A stretch of 61,640 bases of DNA, filler included, from 6 parts of 6 records of this genome joined end to end with filler, not necessarily neighbours in it, one strand, 5' to 3'. Positions 29,863-41,199 are shown, counted from the first letter of the whole stretch. A program made the numbers and translations. The notes: a model not told the origin generated them from the letters alone.

Positions 29863-31461
29863 TTATTCGTTTTTATCCAATTCAAGTCCGAGATCGGTCA
29901 TTTTCCAATATTTACCAATCATATCACCATCCCAGGTATTCGATACATTTTCAATATCATAAATAATTTTAATCAACTCATCATCAAGATAAATTCGTTT
30001 CCCTTCAGGAACTTTTACTGTAATGTCAACTTCCTGATCTAACCATCTGCTACCTTCATCAAGAGTAAAATAAGGGTCGAAATAGATTACCGAATCTTTT
30101 TGATTGAAATTGTAGAGAATCTCTTCAACATTATCTTTTGCAGCTTCCTGACTCTCTCCACGAGAGCGTTTGCGAATCATGATCACAAAGTCATTTGAAC
30201 TGCTTTCTTCAACATCGAGCCTTGGATGGCCTAGCATAATCGTTTCACCATCATCCGAAATAACACTTACCCGATCCAAATCAATTTCATAGCCTTGATT
30301 GTCTTTATAAATATCGTCTCCCAATTCGAGATACAAGGTCTGACAATCGTCACAAACTACAACCTGACTTTGATTAACACTAGTACGTTTGCTGTAATCT
30401 TTAACCTGACCTACTGAAACGATAATAACAACAACTAGTGATACCAACCAGACTCCAAATGCTCCTAAGAAAATTAATTTGTTATTCGTTTTATACCTGA
30501 ATATTAGCTTAGTTCCAATAAATAGGATTGTAAGTAGCGGAATACCTACCAAAAATCCGGATGCTACCATTAAAATAGATAATGAACCGGGACTTAAGAA
30601 GTAATTTGCAAATCCTGGCATATGAAGATCAGGAACAAACCAAGGAACAAATGATGCTGATTCAAAAATTGAATGTCCAATTACCATTGAGGTTAGGAAA
30701 CCAACTAGCCCTATAAATCCTATTAAGATCATAAATGCCCCTGCAAGAATTACGACAACCTTCAATATCACTTTCAAAACGCTAAATGCGACTTCACCAA
30801 ACTGTGACATTTGATCTTTTCCTTTGCTATAAGATTCAGAATCTTTAAACTTTTTGTAGTTATCTTTTACTTCGTTAACTTCTTCCCGAATTGATTTTTC
30901 AATGTTTGAAACTGTAGCCTCACGTCCACGCATTTCCAGGCGTTGAGCTGTTGTTCTTGCCTTAGGTACAGCTATCCAAAGTAAAATATAAACAGGAAGA
31001 GCAATTCCTCCACTAATTAGAAGAAGAACAAAGAAAATAATCCGTAGAACTACCGGATCAATGCTAAAGTATGCTCCCATACCACCACAAACTCCGCCTA
31101 AAACCCGAGAGTCTGGATCACGATACATACGACGTCTTACTTTTCCTGCATCAACCTTGGTTTTTTCGTCAGGAACTTCTTGTTCATCATCATCTCCCTC
31201 TATAAAATCTTCGGGTTTACCCATGCGTTCCATTACATCGTCAACCCATACTTCAATAACAACATCCTTTTCCTCAGATTGCATCTTCTCATTAAATAGT
31301 TCCGCAATTCGGGCTTCAATGTCTTGAAGAATTTCTCTGCCTTCTGCGTTTGCGCCAAAATGAACGCTTAGCATTTGCAGATAATTTTGCAGTTTTTCAT
31401 AAGCATCTTCTTCGATGTGAAAAACGCTACCACTTATATTAATTGTGAATGTCTTTTTCAT
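29863..31461 (-). CDS. PspC domain-containing membrane protein (Bacteroidota type)
   Basis: MKKT..INI.G..F.I.EDAY..L, DIEARIAE, RRMYRDPD..VLGGVCGG, several TMs, periplasmic C-terminus. Confidence 0.9.
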   Translation of the reverse strand: MKKTFTINISGSVFHIEEDAYEKLQNYLQMLSVHFGANAEGREILQDIEARIAELFNEKMQSEEKDVVIEVWVDDVMERMGKPEDFIEGDDDEQEVPDEKTKVDAGKVRRRMYRDPDSRVLGGVCGGMGAYFSIDPVVLRIIFFVLLLISGGIALPVYILLWIAVPKARTTAQRLEMRGREATVSNIEKSIREEVNEVKDNYKKFKDSESYSKGKDQMSQFGEVAFSVLKVILKVVVILAGAFMILIGFIGLVGFLTSMVIGHSIFESASFVPWFVPDLHMPGFANYFLSPGSLSILMVASGFLVGIPLLTILFIGTKLIFRYKTNNKLIFLGAFGVWLVSLVVVIIVSVGQVKDYSKRTSVNQSQVVVCDDCQTLYLELGDDIYKDNQGYEIDLDRVSVISDDGETIMLGHPRLDVEESSSNDFVIMIRKRSRGESQEAAKDNVEEILYNFNQKDSVIYFDPYFTLDEGSRWLDQEVDITVKVPEGKRIYLDDELIKIIYDIENVSNTWDGDMIGKYWKMTDLGLELDKNE

Positions 31462-31507
31462 TGCTATCTTTTTTTATGCTTGTGTGCTTGTGTTTTTCAA
31501 TGATTAC

Positions 31508-31840
31508 TTACGATTTCGATTTCTTAATCGTTTCAACTGCATTTACCAGTTCATTCCAGGAATTTCCCAGCTCCTCAACAAATTTTTTCCCAATTTCGGT
31601 TAACTCGTAATATTTTCGAGGAGGTCCTTGAGTTGATTCTTCCCAACGGTAACCTAATAATCCAGCATTCTTCAATCGAGTTAATAACGGATATAAGGTA
31701 CCTTCAACGACAATCAGTTTTGAGTTTTTTAACTCATCAATGATGTCACTAGCGTAAAGGGGTTTACCTTCCAGTACCAATAATATGCAGTACTCTAAAA
31801 CCCCTTTTCGCATTTGTGCTTTTGTATTCTCGATTTTCAT
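31508..31840 (-). CDS. PadR family transcriptional regulator
   Basis: QMRKGVLE, EGTLYPLL.RL, GPPRKYY.LT..G. Confidence 0.95.
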   Translation of the reverse strand: MKIENTKAQMRKGVLEYCILLVLEGKPLYASDIIDELKNSKLIVVEGTLYPLLTRLKNAGLLGYRWEESTQGPPRKYYELTEIGKKFVEELGNSWNELVNAVETIKKSKS

Positions 31841-31894
31841 AGTTTTCCCGTTTAAGCGACTGTTTCTAATATCCCACTCCTTTGGCGCAATTAA

Positions 31895-32380
31895 TTATAG
31901 CGTCCAATATTTATCATCAACCATCCAATTCTCAATCTCCAAACTTTTATCCATCCCCTGAGTGCTGTAATTGTTAAAGTGCACATCACTTTTCATCCAA
32001 TTTTCCAATTCAAGGGTCGGTTCGCTTTCAGGTTGCATCGCATCTTGGAATGTTCCAAAGTACGCATCATTAGTCATCCAGTTTTCCAATTCAAGGTCTG
32101 CATCGGTTGCTTGTTCAATATAGAAAAATGTTGTTTCTGTATTAACAGGTATACCATTGTTAGCATTACTTGCGTCAGCTGTTAATTCAGCTTCAGAGTC
32201 TTGAACCATCAACATAGCCATTTCGCCAAAAGTGTTGTTGGTCAATACTTGTTTCCAAAATCCTTGAGCGCTTACTGTAAAGCTTATTAAAACAAAGCTA
32301 ATAATTACTGCTGCACTTCTTAACAATACTTTTTGAATTTGATTGTTTCTGTTTGCTTGTTTGTTGTTTTGTGTTTTCAT
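31895..32380 (-). CDS. Hypothetical exported protein with three LE(L/I)ENWM repeats
   Basis: Signal/TM segment ending VSA-Q; LELENWM twice and LEIENWM once; AGGAGG RBS. Confidence 0.8.
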   Translation of the reverse strand: MKTQNNKQANRNNQIQKVLLRSAAVIISFVLISFTVSAQGFWKQVLTNNTFGEMAMLMVQDSEAELTADASNANNGIPVNTETTFFYIEQATDADLELENWMTNDAYFGTFQDAMQPESEPTLELENWMKSDVHFNNYSTQGMDKSLEIENWMVDDKYWTL

Positions 32381-32478
32381 GGTTTGAGCCTCCTGCTTGT
32401 TTTTGTTTCTTGTTTTCTGTTTCTGTTGCTTAATTGTTTCTAATTGCTTTGAGAACTTGTTTTCTGTTTCTGTCTTTA

Positions 32479-32505
32479 AGACGATTGTTTTTTTGTTTCG
32501 TTACA
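32479..32505 (-). promoter_or_regulatory. Putative ECF-sigma promoter
   Basis: TGTAAC-N16-CGTCT on the minus strand, the AAC/CGT architecture of ECF promoters. Confidence 0.6.
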
Positions 32506-32560
32506 CTTATATAGAACTTTCTTAAAACTATTTCTATTCTTTACCTTGAAATATGCTATA

Positions 32561-32601
32561 CAAATATATGCATAAAAGACAGTACCATGCAACACATAGT
32601 A
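32561..32601 (-). promoter_or_regulatory. Putative Bacteroidota primary-sigma promoter overlapped by an inverted repeat (candidate PadR operator)
   Basis: TATATTTG (-7) at 32568-32561 with TTG 21 nt upstream; TACCATG-N5-CATAGTA at 32583-32601. Confidence 0.45.
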
Positions 32602-33079
32602 GTATATTTTTTAAAAATATTTTTCTTTATTTTCATAACGTCCTGTTTTTAAGATCGTTATTGTGGGATAAAAATTTATATTTTTTTTCAGAATAAATTG
32701 ATGATAAGAAACACCTGCACTATATTGTTAAGCAAAGCAGGAGAAATGTAGATATTTTGGATGTAGCTACATCCAGAAAACATGCTTTGAAAGAAATTAG
32801 CTGCCTTAATAATGATCTACAAGTGATTTTTGAAGCAAAAATTTAAATATCAAATGATGATATTAGTTTTAACGAAACATTGAATAAGCTTAACTTCTAA
32901 TTTCTTAACATATCATTAATACCCAAATAAAATTTGTAAGCTTTATTTGTGAACTGTTATTAACAGAATAAATGTTTATAATTTGTTTATAATATTCGTG
33001 AAAAGAGAACATTTACCCAATCATTAAAAGTTTCATATTTATTAACTTGGAATATACTTTACAACCAAATTCTTATTCA

Positions 33080-36000
33080 ATGAAAACACAACTTTTAAAA
33101 TTAACCTTGATTACTTTGCTTGGCTTAATAAGCATAGTATGTTACCCGCAAGGACTGACTACTTCTGAGATGAATGGCTCAGTTAGCGACACAAAAGGAG
33201 AAACACTTCCTGGAGCAACCGTACTGGTTATTCACAACCCCACCGGAACACAAAGTGGAACGGTTACAAATCAAGAAGGACTATTTCGACTCCCAAACCT
33301 AACTGTTGGTGGTCCATACACTGTTAAGGTTTCATTTGTAGGATTTCATGCATTTACAAAAGAAAATGTTTATCTATCACTTGGACAAACATTTAAGCTT
33401 AATGTAGAGTTGACTTCCGTAGATATGGAAATTCCGGAAGTACTTATTGTTGGATCTATCACAAATCAACATGATTTATTTGATGGAAATAGAACCGGAT
33501 CTGAAACAGTAATTAATAAAGATCAGCTTGAAACACTTCCGAGTTTATCTGGTGACCTTAATGACTTCTTGAGATACACTCCACAGGTTGGCTTTTATGG
33601 CGATGGTATTACAATTGCTGGAAGTAATAACCGCTTCAATTCACTTATGATTGATGGAACTGTAAACAATGATGTATTTGGATTGGCTTCAAATGGGATG
33701 AATGGTGGGCAAACTGGAATTTCTCCTATTAGTATTGAAGCCATTGATCAGTTTCAAGTAGTAATTGCACCTTTTGATGTCCGTCAAAGTGGATTTACTG
33801 GAGGAGGAATTAACGCTGTAACTAAAAGGGGAACCAATGAGATTACAGGTTCAGCATATTATAAGGTAAGAAATGAAAGCTTTGCAGGAAAGACACCTGG
33901 TGATAATATTGATGGTCGCAAAAAGCTTGCTGATTTTTCGGCCAAACAATATGGTATAACTGTTGGAGGTCCAATCATTGAGAACAAATTATTCTATTTC
34001 ATAAATGCTGAGTTGCAAAAAGATGAAACCCCAAAACCGTTTAGCTTTAGTGATTATTCTGGTGATTCAAATGAATCAACATTGCAGCAAATCGCTAGTA
34101 AAGTTAATGGTTACGGATACGATCCTGGTGGGTTCGGAAATGTAAAAGAAGAGCTAAAAGGTGAAAAATTACTTTTAAAATTAAACTGGAATATTAACGA
34201 CAAGCACAGTTTAATGGTGCGTCACCAGTACACAAAAGGTGAAAACTTTTCACCAAGTACATCAAATTCTGGAAACATTTACTTTGAAAACAGAGGCGTA
34301 TATTTTCCATCTACAACTCATGCTTCTGCAATTGAATTAAAGAGTCGTTTCTCGCAGAAATTATCAAATAACTTAAAAATTGGGTATACCAACGTACATG
34401 ATAACCGTGATCCTATGGGTGGAAAATTCCCAGGAATTAAAATCGAAGATGGGTCGGGTAATATCTATTTGGGATCTGAAGTATATTCAACTGGAAATGA
34501 CTTAAAGCAATCCATACTTACAATTACGGATAACCTTCAATTGTATTCAGGCAAACACACTTTGACATTCGGAACTCATAACGAATTTTATTCTATCTAC
34601 AACATGTTTATGCGCCGTGCATTTGGGTACTATGAATTTGATAGTGTTGAAGATTTTATGAATGAAAACGCTTCCTACTATCGAATAGGATATTCATTGG
34701 TTGATGACATTCGTGGAGATGGCTCAGCAGCAGCCGCTGATTTCAACTCTTTTCAACTTGGTTTTTATGTGCAAGATGAAATTCAAATTAATAAGGATTT
34801 AAAACTAACAGCTGGTTTAAGAGCTGATATCTTCTTCTTAAATGATAATCCGTTGGCAATACCAGGTTTTAATACAACTACAATTCCAGTGCTTGAACAA
34901 TATTACGACATGAAGGGTGCTCAAGCAGGACAAATGCCTTCTGGAAATATTATGTGGTCTCCCCGTGTTGGTTTTAACTGGGATGTAAATGGTGATAAAA
35001 CAACTCAGCTCCGTGGTGGTCTGGGAATTTTTACTTCACGCATTCCATTTGTATGGCCAGCAGGTTCATATACGAATAACGGAATGATGATTGGTGACTA
35101 CAACGAACAAACGAGATATGGCGATGTAATTACATTTAATACGGATTGGGCAACACAAAAAACAGGTTCAAAAGATTTACCAACAGGAAGCCAGATTGAC
35201 CTTTATTCTGAAGATTTTAAATATCCTCAAGTATTAAGAGGTAACATAGCTGTTGACCAAAAACTACCTGGTGGTATTATCGGTACATTAGAGTTAATGT
35301 ACACCAAAACAATAAACAATGTACTTTGGAAAGATGTGAATGTTAAGCCAGCTTGGGGAAATGCAAGCGGAACTGGCGACGATCGTCCGTTATATCGTAC
35401 ATATAGAAATGGTATCGACCCAGACTATGGTCAAATTATGCTTGGAGACAATACCAATAAAGGATATACCTATAATATCACAGCTAATTTTACAAAACAA
35501 TTTGATTTTGGTTTAACTGCCAATTTAGCCTATACCTATGGAAAGTCTGAGTCGATCTTTGATGGAACAAGTTCACAGAACTCTTCTCAATGGAATTACC
35601 TAGTAAGCAGCCCAACTCCTAGAAACGAAGCTGAACTAGGAAATTCAAACTTTGATCTAGGCTCCAGAATTGTTGGTACTTTAACCTATAAAAGAGAATG
35701 GCTAAAGCATTTAAAAACAACAGTTTCACTCTTCTATAACGGACAAGATGGTAGGCGATTCTCCTACATTTATGGAAATGAAGGAAATTTCACGAATGAA
35801 GCTTACCGCGGACCTGAATTAATTTATGTTCCTAAAGACCAGAATGACATCTATCTTGTAGATCCTTCAGAATGGGCTGACTTGAATGCTTTTATTGAGC
35901 AGGATGAATATTTGAGCAGTCGTCGTGGACAATATGCTGAACGAAATGCCAGTAGATTACCTTGGACAAATATTTTCGACTTCAAATTCCTTCAGGATAT

Positions 36001-36292
36001 ATGGGTAGATGTTGCAGGAAGAAAACAAACACTCCAGGTTGGAATTGATATTTTCAATGTTGGAAACTTCATCAATAAAGAATGGGGACAAATGTATTAC
36101 GCTTCAAATAGCAATATTTTACTCATTAAATTTGAAGATATGATTGAAGATCCATCTACAGGATTGGAAACTATTCCTACTTTCTCATTCACAAGCCCAA
36201 AACCAAATAAGTTTGAGCCTTGGTATTTAGATGATTCTGGCATGAAAAGTTCTCGTTGGCAAGCACAATTAACAGTTCGATATATTTTCTAA
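33080..36292 (+). CDS. TonB-dependent receptor, Oar-like, with N-terminal carboxypeptidase-regulatory-like domain
   Basis: Signal peptide, GETLPGATV, plug (IDG..NND.FGL, GFTGGGINAVTK), SPRVGFNWD, C-terminal RYIF. Confidence 0.92.
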   Translation: MKTQLLKLTLITLLGLISIVCYPQGLTTSEMNGSVSDTKGETLPGATVLVIHNPTGTQSGTVTNQEGLFRLPNLTVGGPYTVKVSFVGFHAFTKENVYLSLGQTFKLNVELTSVDMEIPEVLIVGSITNQHDLFDGNRTGSETVINKDQLETLPSLSGDLNDFLRYTPQVGFYGDGITIAGSNNRFNSLMIDGTVNNDVFGLASNGMNGGQTGISPISIEAIDQFQVVIAPFDVRQSGFTGGGINAVTKRGTNEITGSAYYKVRNESFAGKTPGDNIDGRKKLADFSAKQYGITVGGPIIENKLFYFINAELQKDETPKPFSFSDYSGDSNESTLQQIASKVNGYGYDPGGFGNVKEELKGEKLLLKLNWNINDKHSLMVRHQYTKGENFSPSTSNSGNIYFENRGVYFPSTTHASAIELKSRFSQKLSNNLKIGYTNVHDNRDPMGGKFPGIKIEDGSGNIYLGSEVYSTGNDLKQSILTITDNLQLYSGKHTLTFGTHNEFYSIYNMFMRRAFGYYEFDSVEDFMNENASYYRIGYSLVDDIRGDGSAAAADFNSFQLGFYVQDEIQINKDLKLTAGLRADIFFLNDNPLAIPGFNTTTIPVLEQYYDMKGAQAGQMPSGNIMWSPRVGFNWDVNGDKTTQLRGGLGIFTSRIPFVWPAGSYTNNGMMIGDYNEQTRYGDVITFNTDWATQKTGSKDLPTGSQIDLYSEDFKYPQVLRGNIAVDQKLPGGIIGTLELMYTKTINNVLWKDVNVKPAWGNASGTGDDRPLYRTYRNGIDPDYGQIMLGDNTNKGYTYNITANFTKQFDFGLTANLAYTYGKSESIFDGTSSQNSSQWNYLVSSPTPRNEAELGNSNFDLGSRIVGTLTYKREWLKHLKTTVSLFYNGQDGRRFSYIYGNEGNFTNEAYRGPELIYVPKDQNDIYLVDPSEWADLNAFIEQDEYLSSRRGQYAERNASRLPWTNIFDFKFLQDIWVDVAGRKQTLQVGIDIFNVGNFINKEWGQMYYASNSNILLIKFEDMIEDPSTGLETIPTFSFTSPKPNKFEPWYLDDSGMKSSRWQAQLTVRYIF

Positions 36293-36311
36293 GAAGACTC
36301 TCATATATATT

Positions 36312-36345
36312 AAGAAGACTGGGTATTTCCCGGTCTTCTTTTTTT
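36312..36345 (+). terminator. Intrinsic terminator
   Basis: AAGAAGACTGGG-TATTT-CCCGGTCTTCTT followed by T tract. Confidence 0.85.
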
Positions 36346-36445
36346 NNNNNNNNNNNNNNNNNNNNNNNNNNNNNNNNNNNNNNNNNNNNTTAATTAATTA
36401 ANNNNNNNNNNNNNNNNNNNNNNNNNNNNNNNNNNNNNNNNNNNN
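36346..36445. other. Artificial contig spacer
   Basis: N run with TTAATTAATTAA at 36390-36401. Confidence 0.99.
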
Positions 36446-36665
36446 AGGCTATAACGATTACGACTGGTATCAGTCCTTAACCGATCTGAAAATAGCCTTT
36501 GCAGTACGACTCAAGCGCAGTGCTGTTCGCCAAGATCTACAGAAACGTAAAGAGCGTAAAGCTGACATGATCTTTGGTAATCAGCGGATCAGACTTAAAA
36601 GCATGGATTCAGGACTACGCATGGGGGGAAGACGTTAATCCGCCAACCAGGAAGTTTCACCGATC
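36446..36665 (+). pseudogene. IS4-family transposase fragment
   Basis: Translates GYNDYDWYQSLTDLKIAFAVRLKRSA, matching the IS4 (DR)GYxDY..W...L....I.FV.RLK pattern; decays downstream. Confidence 0.55.
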
Positions 36666-37012
36666 CGTCTCCAATCCCTTTAATCTCAAAGCCAATGTCA
36701 TTACCTATCTGCCTAAGATTATTTGAAATTTGCAGTTGTTCATCAAGGGGACAAAGCAAAACTTTAAACTCAACAAAATCCCTGGCACGACAGCTAGATA
36801 CGTTCCTCCGCATCCCTTGCTGTTGAAAAAAAATATAAGACAGTAAGGATTTCATATTGTTTCACAATTTAAACAAAATGATTCATCACTGTTAGTATAT
36901 AGAATTATTTACATATTGGCAAGTTTTGGTTGTAGCTGTTTGAATTTGAGAGTTCTCCCTGTAGCTGATTAACCCTCTTATGAAGACATTTCAGAGCATA
37001 TTTTCGAAAAAT

Positions 37013-38142
37013 AGTCTATACTGGAAAAGGTTATATCTATGAGGAATATAAGGTGAAAAGGAAATACAAAGTTGTAGATATCGAAATATTCAAATTACTT
37101 TTCCGTTAATTAGTTGCATATTTGCAACATGAAACCGAAATAGTATCATAGCGAAACAATTAGTACGATCTGTTTTGACCTGAACTGGGAAACACGATGA
37201 ATCCTGGGCATTGACTGGTTTAGCTTTCCAAGGTGGTAGACTGGAAAAGACTCGAGGACGTGTGTGGAGAAACATATTGTTTCGATAGTCGTCGATAGAC
37301 TATCAGCACCAGGTTGATGGTAGCACTTCATTATCTCAGGTACACTTATGATCTCAGCGATGAAGAGGTGGTTCAGGGCTGATTAGAGAACTCTTACTGG
37401 CCGTATTTGTGCGGTCTGAAGTTCTTTCAGCACAAATATTGACCCATCCATCAAGTATGTCCAGATTGCTAAACCGGATCGACGAGTCACAGGGTGAAGA
37501 ACTGCTGGAGGAGACGCTTGATACCGGTATTCCCATGAAGGCGAGTAAACAAATCCAACTCAAACGGATCAACGTGGACACAGAGTGCATGAAAAGGATA
37601 TCCGCTTTCCCACCGATGCGAGATTGCATGACCGTGCCCGGCAACTACTGGTTAATAAGGCAAAGGCAGAAGGCACCAAACTGCGCCCGAACCACAACCG
37701 TATGTCGCGAAACCTTGTCTGCCAGCAGATCTGTTATACTCATCGATACGCTCAACCAGGTTGCAAGATGATCAAAATCATCCGAACACGTGTATGATGA
37801 CTGGGGCTATTGAGGTCACGGTCGTGATGGTGATAGTCGCGTGCATATTGACAAAATTCGTCGAGGTCGAACAGCGGGGGGTGCAGCGCTGGATGAAGCG
37901 AGGAGCATCAATAGATCCCGGTATCTGTCATTTAGAAAAGGAACACCGGATAGAACGAAACCGACCAAAAGGTATAGCCGGCAACCGGACTAATGCCATA
38001 TTGACCGAAGCAGGAACGAACTTCAGGAAGCGACTGAAGTTCTTGGCAGGCTTTTATCGTTTTTTGGTCTCTGGATCTTATGAGCTGACAGATCCCGATT
38101 AAATTGTGATGCTTAAAACAGCGGCGTTTTCAAAATCGGCAA
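37013..38142 (+). mobile_element. Degenerate IS5-family element (transposase pseudogene)
   Basis: Fragments in several frames: RLMVALHYLRYTYDLSDEEVV, PSSMSR, RINVDT, EKDIRFPTDARL, R..I.P.I.HL..EHR..RN..KG..G...NA.L..AG.N; decayed terminal IR-like ends; boundaries approximate. Confidence 0.8.
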
Positions 38143-38554
38143 AACAGAGTGTTTCCCATACAGTATGGTAAAAATATTGAGCCAGAATAATAATATATCT
38201 GAAATTAGTGGGCTGTCGATCAATATTGATAATACCTGTAGGGGTATGCCTTTTAAAAAAAGTTGGCAAGGAAATCTGCGAACTCTTAAAAACTAAAATC
38301 GGCATTCATATGAAATTCAATATGTTTCCAATTTCAAAGCGATATTGAGTCAATATTATTCATAAATCCATTATCAATATTAATCTATTGAATCATAATT
38401 TCATGTAATAAAATCTTTAATTTTATACAGCACATACTGTTAATTATAAGGTTTAGAACTCTATGTCTGTTTTACGGCTTTAACAAATACACTCCGAAAA
38501 TTATTTTTCGATAATTCACAAAAAAGTATCTGGACAATGGTGTGGTGATACAAT

Positions 38555-40501
38555 ATGGGACTAGAAAAGAGATACTCCATTGCAATTATGTCCTCCAGCA
38601 AATCTATTCTAAGATCCTTGGACAAAATCACAGAAGCTGATTGTAAAATCAGTATACACAATGTAACCATGGACTTAGCTATTCCTGTTGCTAAAGAATT
38701 AGAAGAAAAAGGTGTTCAGGCTATAATTGCACGTGGGGGGACGACGTATCTCTTAAGGGAGAATCTCGGGATTCCGGTGCTAAGCATTCCTTTCTCAACA
38801 TGGGATATCATCAGTGCCATTCAAAAATTAACTGAAGATGGAGCTAAAAATATATTTTTCCCATTCTATCATCGTAATTTGTATATACTGGATAAACTAT
38901 CTGGAATTAGTAATATTAAATCAATTTTTAATGTTCAATTGGGACAGGGAGCTTTCTATAATACTGAAAATCTGGAAAAGGTTATTATTGACGCGGCTCG
39001 CTCAGGGTACGATTCCGTTGCTGGTGGGCATCTAACCGTCAAAATTGGCCGAACTGTTGGTTTAAAAGCATTCGAAATTGATTCACCCATCGAAGTAATT
39101 CGATCCCTTATTCATGAAGCAAAATCGATGATCGACATAAAAAGAAGAGAAGTCGAAAAAACGTTAAGATATCAATCCATTATTGATTCCGCATACGAAG
39201 GTATTATTGCCGTCGACAATGATGGAAGGATAACTAATATCAATCAACAAGCCAGCATGATAGCCAATGTTACTACCGAGAATGTGGTAGGCACATTAAT
39301 TACTGATATATTTAAAAATACTCCGATTTATAAAGTACTGTATGCAGAGAAAAACAAACCGATTTTAAATACAATGGAAACTGTCAAAGAAAAACAATAT
39401 ATTGCAAGTCATTTTCCAATCAAAGTTAATAATATTTGCCAAGGTGGCGTTTCAATTTATAGAGATGTATCAACGGTATTAAAAGCCGGGAGTGAAATAA
39501 AGCGATCTTTTCGAAAGAAATTTAAAACGAAATATACATTGAAAAATATTATCTATAAAAGTGGTACCATGAAAGAGGTTGTTAAAGAGGTAAAGAAATA
39601 CGCAGGAACCAAATCAACAATTTTAATTTGCGGGGAAACAGGAACTGGAAAAGAACTGATTGCTCACAGCATTCATAACTTAGGACCTATTCGAAAAGGG
39701 CCTTTTGTTTCTTTAAACTGTGCGGCACTTCCTGAAGAACTGCTCGAAAGTGAGTTGTTTGGTTACGAGGAAGGATCTTTTACCGGGGCAAAGCAAAGAG
39801 GTAAAGCAGGTTTCTTTGAACTGGCAGATGGGGGCACTATATTTCTTGACGAAATTTGCTCAACATCTACAAGTTTTCAATCACGCCTGTTGCGAGTACT
39901 TCAGGAAAAAGAAATTATACGGTTAGGAAGTGATAGCCTAATAAAGGTTGATGTGAGAGTAATAGCTGCAACTAATAGGAACTTAATTGAAGTCGTTAAA
40001 AAAGGTGAATTTCGAGAAGATCTTTTTTATCGTTTAAATGTTTTAAATATCAACCTACCTCCATTACGGGATAGGATAGAAGATATTTACCTTCTCTCAG
40101 ATTATTTAATACACAAAATTTCAACAAATTTCGAGATAGAACCTATCACGATTCCTAAACACAAACTAACAAAATTGACTAAATACTCATGGCCTGGCAA
40201 TGTTCGCGAATTAGAAAGTTTCCTCGAGCGGTTAATTTTATTAAGCGATGGAGTATTTTGCCCGAACACCTTTGACAATATATTCGAGAAATTGCTTGGC
40301 TATTATATAGTCAATTCTCAGCCAATCAATCATAAATCGAAAGATGTGGTATTACCTTTAAAGAAGGAAAAGACTGAAAAAGTAGATTATGAAACAGTTA
40401 TGGCCACGTTGGCAGAATTTAAATACAACAAAACAATGACAGCAAAGAAATTGGGAATAAGTCGTACAACCTTATGGCGTATCATTAAGTCAAATTCATA
40501 G
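38555..40501 (+). CDS. Sigma54-dependent activator, PrpR-like (PrpR_N-PAS-AAA+-Fis HTH)
   Basis: IIARGGT (PrpR_N), PAS, GETGTGKE, ESELFGYEEGSFTGA, FLDEI, WPGNVREL, LGISRTTLWR. Confidence 0.93.
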   Translation: MGLEKRYSIAIMSSSKSILRSLDKITEADCKISIHNVTMDLAIPVAKELEEKGVQAIIARGGTTYLLRENLGIPVLSIPFSTWDIISAIQKLTEDGAKNIFFPFYHRNLYILDKLSGISNIKSIFNVQLGQGAFYNTENLEKVIIDAARSGYDSVAGGHLTVKIGRTVGLKAFEIDSPIEVIRSLIHEAKSMIDIKRREVEKTLRYQSIIDSAYEGIIAVDNDGRITNINQQASMIANVTTENVVGTLITDIFKNTPIYKVLYAEKNKPILNTMETVKEKQYIASHFPIKVNNICQGGVSIYRDVSTVLKAGSEIKRSFRKKFKTKYTLKNIIYKSGTMKEVVKEVKKYAGTKSTILICGETGTGKELIAHSIHNLGPIRKGPFVSLNCAALPEELLESELFGYEEGSFTGAKQRGKAGFFELADGGTIFLDEICSTSTSFQSRLLRVLQEKEIIRLGSDSLIKVDVRVIAATNRNLIEVVKKGEFREDLFYRLNVLNINLPPLRDRIEDIYLLSDYLIHKISTNFEIEPITIPKHKLTKLTKYSWPGNVRELESFLERLILLSDGVFCPNTFDNIFEKLLGYYIVNSQPINHKSKDVVLPLKKEKTEKVDYETVMATLAEFKYNKTMTAKKLGISRTTLWRIIKSNS

Positions 40502-41199
40502 GTTATCTGAAGATGAGAATTATCCATGCAGCTGACTTTGCAATTCGTCCTTATCGCCATGTACAAAATGAACTTGCAATTTCAGCTTTTCAACTATGTA
40601 ACAAATATTGGCTATCGGGATACGGTCTCTGATATTATGCATTTAAATGAGTTAAATTATTAAATGTCACCACCCCATTGGTGGGCACTTCCCCTTTATG
40701 ACAGTTTGCTCCTTGCGCATCATGGCAGTTCACTTATCTAGGCCACGCTTAACGGTTATCTATTGATACCAGAAAAATCGATCCTTCAATGATAATCTTG
40801 TTACCCCCTGATTACCGTATATTTCACACAGCAAGAATCTCACGTATACTTTTACCCGGATTCGACAGTCACAGCCACATTACCGCTCAAAAAATGCTAT
40901 AAATGCTCGATTTCTTGCCCCCCCTGCTTCCTTTCTGGAATACACCCTAGACCCAGGAATTGAGTTTACATACCTGATATACTGGAATATGTATCATCTT
41001 CCTATAGACATGTCTGTGCGGACAATTACCGGTACTGCGCCCTTTTTGGCCTGCGTGACCAACTGGAAGTGAAGGGGCTTAAGCGAATCTTTCAGAGCAA
41101 GAGCCGTTTCCTCGACCCTGAATGTGCGTTGCGACAAGAGCATCATGATCACGCCCTCAAGAGCCTAAGCAACCGCTACCCCCAGGGCGGGGCGTATGT

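Noticed and set aside
41000-41150. Minus-strand fragment MMLLSQRTFRVEETALALKD as a tyrosine recombinase remnant
   Set aside because: Too short and too weak a resemblance to support without a search.
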